This document shows positions 60,534-64,000 of a stretch of 64,000 nt of DNA, in pieces. The position numbers were made by a program, and so were the translations under genes. The notes beneath the pieces are model-generated. The model searched no databases and was not told the DNA's origin. It saw nothing but the letters and a program-made list of their open reading frames with translations. Source of the DNA: Pseudomonadota bacterium. Lineage in GTDB: Bacteria > Desulfobacterota > Binatia > Binatales > Binataceae. Positions within the stretch are counted from its first letter, which is position 1, and every line of letters starts with the position of its first letter. The stretch covers positions 35,798-99,797 of the forward strand of contig JAJPIF010000028.1 of NCBI GenBank assembly GCA_021324885.1. Direction: 5' to 3'.

Positions 60534-61274
60534 ATGGCTATCTTCGATCGCTTTGAGTTGATTCCCGCGATCGATCTAAAAGGCGGCAAAGTCGTGCGCC
60601 TGCTCCAGGGCGACATGAACCGGGCAACGGTCTATGGCGACGATCCCGCAACTGTCGCGCGCGGCTTCGAGGCGGCCGGAGCGCGGATGATTCACGTCGT
60701 CGATCTGGACGGAGCGATCGCCGGGGAGCCGCGCAATACCGCAGCCGTCAGCCGTATCCGCGCCGCCACGCGATGCGCGATCGACGTCAGCGGAGGTATA
60801 AGAACGGTCGAGGCCGCGCGCCAGATCTTTGATGCCGGCGCCGATCGGATCGCGATTGGCTCCGCGGCTTTTTTGGACCCGTCCATGCTGGTCGAGCTGT
60901 GCCGCCTGTTTGCGGACCGCGTTTTCGGATCGCTTGACGTGCGCGGCGGCCGTCTGGCGATCAAAGGATGGGTCGAGACCACCCCGTTGACGCTTGATGA
61001 AGCGGCGGCGATTTTCAAGCGAGCCGGCGTTGCCGCGATTATCTACACCGATATCGCCCGCGACGGTACCACTTCGGGTATCGACTGCATCCAGCACGAG
61101 CGGCTGGCGCGGCAAAGCGCGATGCCGGTTATCGCGTCGGGCGGAATTGCCACGTTGGACGATATCAGGAACCTGCGCGCACGGTTCGATTGCGGCGTGG
61201 TTGGCGCTATCACCGGGCGCGCCCTGTACGAGGGGCGTTTTACGCTGGCTGAGGCTCTTGCCGCCGCCCAATAA
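60534..61274 (+). CDS. hisA: ProFAR isomerase
   Basis: IPAIDLKGG.VVRL.QG, HVVDLDGA, GGIR, TDIARDG, ASGG. Confidence 0.95.
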   Translation: MAIFDRFELIPAIDLKGGKVVRLLQGDMNRATVYGDDPATVARGFEAAGARMIHVVDLDGAIAGEPRNTAAVSRIRAATRCAIDVSGGIRTVEAARQIFDAGADRIAIGSAAFLDPSMLVELCRLFADRVFGSLDVRGGRLAIKGWVETTPLTLDEAAAIFKRAGVAAIIYTDIARDGTTSGIDCIQHERLARQSAMPVIASGGIATLDDIRNLRARFDCGVVGAITGRALYEGRFTLAEALAAAQ

Positions 61275-61317
61275 TCCGCAATCGCGAGCGCAACCGATTG
61301 CCGGCTCATCCGCGAAA

Positions 61318-63093
61318 ATGACGCCGGCGGCTGTCGCGCCGCGCGAATTCACCTTGCGCGGCCTTTTACTCGGCCTGCTGCTGGCGATCATCCTTGGCGC
61401 CGCCAACGCTTACCTCGGTCTGTACGCGGGCATGACCGTGTCGGCCAGCATTCCCGCCGCGGTCATCTCGATGGCGGTGCTGCGGATGCTGGGCGGGGCG
61501 ACGGTACTGGAGAACAATGTCGTCCAGACTATCGCCTCGGCGGGAGAAGCGGTCGCCGCCGGAGCGATTTTTACGTTCCCCGCTCTCGTCATCCTCGGCC
61601 GCGGCCAGGTCCTCTCTTACCGCAACGTGACACTGCTCTCCGCGGTCGGCGGCGCGATGGGCAGTCTGCTGATTATCGTTTTGCGTCGCGCCTATATCGT
61701 CGAGGAGAGTCTCCCTTATCCCGAGGGCAGGGCATGCGCGCACGTGCTGCGCAGCGGCGACGCGGGAGCGGGAGCGGTGCGGCCGTTGGTGGGTGGCGCG
61801 GCGGCCGCGACGGCATTCAAACTGGCGCAAAGCGTTGGCGGGTTATTTCCCGAAGCCATCAGCGGCGCGCGATGGTTTGGGGGCGCGGCGCTGGCCGGCT
61901 CGGTCGATCCTTCCGCCGCGCTGCTCGGCGTCGGCTATATCGTGGGAATTCAGATTGCCTCGATGGTGCTGGCGGGCGGCGCGATTGCCTGGTTCGCTGC
62001 AATCCCGCTCCTGAGCCTGCTTCAACCCGCTCTCCACCACGAATCGGCGGCGCAGGCGGCGGCGGAGCTGTGGAATTCGCAAATCAGGTTTCTCGGCGTT
62101 GGCGCGATGCTTACCGGCGGTCTGACCACGATTTGGCGAATGCGCAGTCCGATCATCAGGGCGTTGGCCGACACCCGCCGCGCCGGGCTGAACGATCGTC
62201 CAAACGAACGCCCGCGCCAGGAAACTGACATGCCCGCCGCGCAGGTCATGACGGCACTCGCAATCTGTGTTGGGCTGATGTTCGCGATCTACGAGGCGAT
62301 CTCCGGCAGTTGGCGGATAGCTCTGCTGCTTGCGCTGGCGCTTGCGCTGATCGGTTTTTTCGCGACCGCCATCGCCGGCTATCTCACCGGACTGGTGGGA
62401 GCGTCCAACAATCCGGTTTCAGGCGTCACGCTGATCGTGCTGCTGGCGGTCGCCCTCATTCTCAAACTGCTCGGCGTTAATCTGATCGTGGGTCCCCAAC
62501 TCGCAGTCCTGGCCGGAGCCGTAGTATGCGTGGCGGCCGCGATGGCTGGCGATTCGCTGCACGATCTCGCCACCGGATTCCATCTGGGGGCGACGCCGCG
62601 CGCCCTGGAATATGCGGTTTTGGTCGGCGCAATTGTTTCGGCGCTGGTGGTCGCGCCGATTTTGCAGGTGCTGATCGGCAGCTATGGCATCGCCGGAACG
62701 CCGGGAGCGCCTCAAGGCGCACTGGCCGCGCCCCAGGCGTTCCTGATGGCGCAGGTGGTGCACGGAGTTTTTACCGGAGGACTGCCGTGGCCGATGGTTG
62801 GTGGCGGCGCCATCCTCGCGCTGATCCTGCATCTGATCGACGTTCGCCTGGAGCGCCATGGCGGCGGATGGCGCACGCCGCCAATGCCGCTGGCGATCGG
62901 ACTGTATCTCCCGCTCGGTCTGAGCGTCACGATCGCAATCGGCGCGCTGATCCGTACCGCAATCCGACACACGGAGCGTTCGGAAGCCGACTCCGGCCTC
63001 CTTTTTGCGGCCGGACTGATCGCGGGTGAAGCGCTGACCGGGATCCTGATCGCTGCACTCGTGACTATCGGCGTCAAGCTGCCGGTTTGGTGA
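61318..63093 (+). CDS. OPT family oligopeptide transporter
   Basis: NAYLGLYAGMTVSASIPAAVISM, ENNVVQT, LPYPEG, NNPVSG, APQA; multi-TM. Confidence 0.92.
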   Translation: MTPAAVAPREFTLRGLLLGLLLAIILGAANAYLGLYAGMTVSASIPAAVISMAVLRMLGGATVLENNVVQTIASAGEAVAAGAIFTFPALVILGRGQVLSYRNVTLLSAVGGAMGSLLIIVLRRAYIVEESLPYPEGRACAHVLRSGDAGAGAVRPLVGGAAAATAFKLAQSVGGLFPEAISGARWFGGAALAGSVDPSAALLGVGYIVGIQIASMVLAGGAIAWFAAIPLLSLLQPALHHESAAQAAAELWNSQIRFLGVGAMLTGGLTTIWRMRSPIIRALADTRRAGLNDRPNERPRQETDMPAAQVMTALAICVGLMFAIYEAISGSWRIALLLALALALIGFFATAIAGYLTGLVGASNNPVSGVTLIVLLAVALILKLLGVNLIVGPQLAVLAGAVVCVAAAMAGDSLHDLATGFHLGATPRALEYAVLVGAIVSALVVAPILQVLIGSYGIAGTPGAPQGALAAPQAFLMAQVVHGVFTGGLPWPMVGGGAILALILHLIDVRLERHGGGWRTPPMPLAIGLYLPLGLSVTIAIGALIRTAIRHTERSEADSGLLFAAGLIAGEALTGILIAALVTIGVKLPVW

Positions 63094-63173
63094 CCCACCA
63101 GCACGCGGTCAACCCGCGCGGCGCCGAACCTGCGGAGGATGTACCATAATTCGGAATCTGCTATATCGCTCGC

Positions 63174-64000
63174 ATGGATACTGCAGCCGTCGACCGGATT
63201 ATCGAGGCCGCGCGCGCCGAAAATCGTACCGCCCTTTCGGAAATAGAATCCAAGCAATTGCTTGAGGCCTGGGCAATTCCGACGGCGATGCCGCGGCGGG
63301 CCGCCTCCGCCAGGGAAGCCGCTTCAATCGCCAAACAGATCGGATTTCCCGTCGTACTCAAGGTTCTTTCCCCCGATATCACGCACAAGAGCGATGTCGG
63401 TGGTGTCGTTTTAGGACTCAACTCACAGTCGCAGGTCGAGGCCGCCTTCAAACTGATCAAGAATAACGTGGCGGAAAAGGCGCCCACCGCCCGTTTTGAG
63501 GGTGTCGCCGTGCAGACGATGGCCAGGGCTGGCGTCGAGATGCTCGCCGGAATCACTTATGACGCGGCCTTCGGTCCGATGCTGGTCACGGGTCTGGGCG
63601 GTGTGATGGTCGAGGTGCTCAAAGATGTCGTGATGCGGCCCGCCCCGATCGACGCCAAAACCGGCCGCCAGATGATCGATGAATTGAAAGGCGCCGCTTT
63701 GCTGCGTGGCGTGCGCGGGACGCCTCCCGCCGATATCGACGCGTTTGTTGATCTGCTGGTGAAGCTGAGCGAACTGGCCGGGTCGCGCCGCGATATCCGC
63801 GAGATGGATCTCAACCCGGTGATGGTCTATCCGCAGGGCGTGCTCGCAGTCGACGCGCGGGTGGCGCTCAGCGACGGAGCGGCGGCGGATGTATCGGAAG
63901 TCAACGGCGATCGCGCAGCGGCGCGACGGCGCAACCTGGAAAAGGCGATCTCGCCTGAAACAATCGTAGTAATCGGCGACAAGAAGGCGGGAGGCTATAT
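63174..64000 (+). CDS. Acetate/acyl-CoA ligase (ADP-forming) family, ATP-grasp domain first; truncated by window end
   Basis: Translation from ATG 63174: LSEIESKQLL, GFPVVLKVLSPDITHKSDVGGV, FGPM..GLGG, EMDLNP, AVDAR; CoA-binding domain begins near the window end. Confidence 0.9.
   Translation, partial: MDTAAVDRIIEAARAENRTALSEIESKQLLEAWAIPTAMPRRAASAREAASIAKQIGFPVVLKVLSPDITHKSDVGGVVLGLNSQSQVEAAFKLIKNNVAEKAPTARFEGVAVQTMARAGVEMLAGITYDAAFGPMLVTGLGGVMVEVLKDVVMRPAPIDAKTGRQMIDELKGAALLRGVRGTPPADIDAFVDLLVKLSELAGSRRDIREMDLNPVMVYPQGVLAVDARVALSDGAAADVSEVNGDRAAARRRNLEKAISPETIVVIGDKKAGGY

Noticed and set aside
60994-61317. OPT transporter N-terminal extension overlapping hisA
   Set aside because: Family similarity begins at ATG 61318; the upstream part is out-of-frame hisA sequence
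1-64000. CRISPR arrays, rRNA, intact IS or prophage, defence systems
   Set aside because: No repeat-spacer arrays, transposase, intact integrase, phage or nuclease-defence genes were recognised

Overview
GC-rich bacterial chromosome segment. The gene repertoire (many LLM oxidoreductases, amidohydrolases, crotonases and Zn-ADHs, plus a deltaproteobacterial-style rpmE-prfA-prmC-murA-his block) suggests Binatota or a related deltaproteobacterial lineage; this is inference only. Housekeeping genes: gatCAB, ftsH, rpsT, tRNA-Phe, clpP, asd, zwf, yebC-ruvCAB, rpmE-prfA-prmC-murA-hisD-hisB-hisA. Accessory content: lipid/CoA catabolic enzymes, a quinol-dependent NO reductase with an upstream FNR/DNR-like box, and a 1313-aa secreted Asp-box propeller/Ig-repeat protein whose usual N-terminal pro-segment appears to be a separate secreted gene. 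There are also two sigma-54 activators, each next to a sigma-54 promoter driving a small unknown protein (one followed by a ferritin-like di-iron protein and a convergent CblC/QueG-like Fe-S protein), and several intergenic structured-RNA candidates, notably a near-perfect four-way junction at about 48.85 kb and a Fur-box promoter with no ORF at about 1.77 kb. No CRISPR array, rRNA or intact mobile element was seen.
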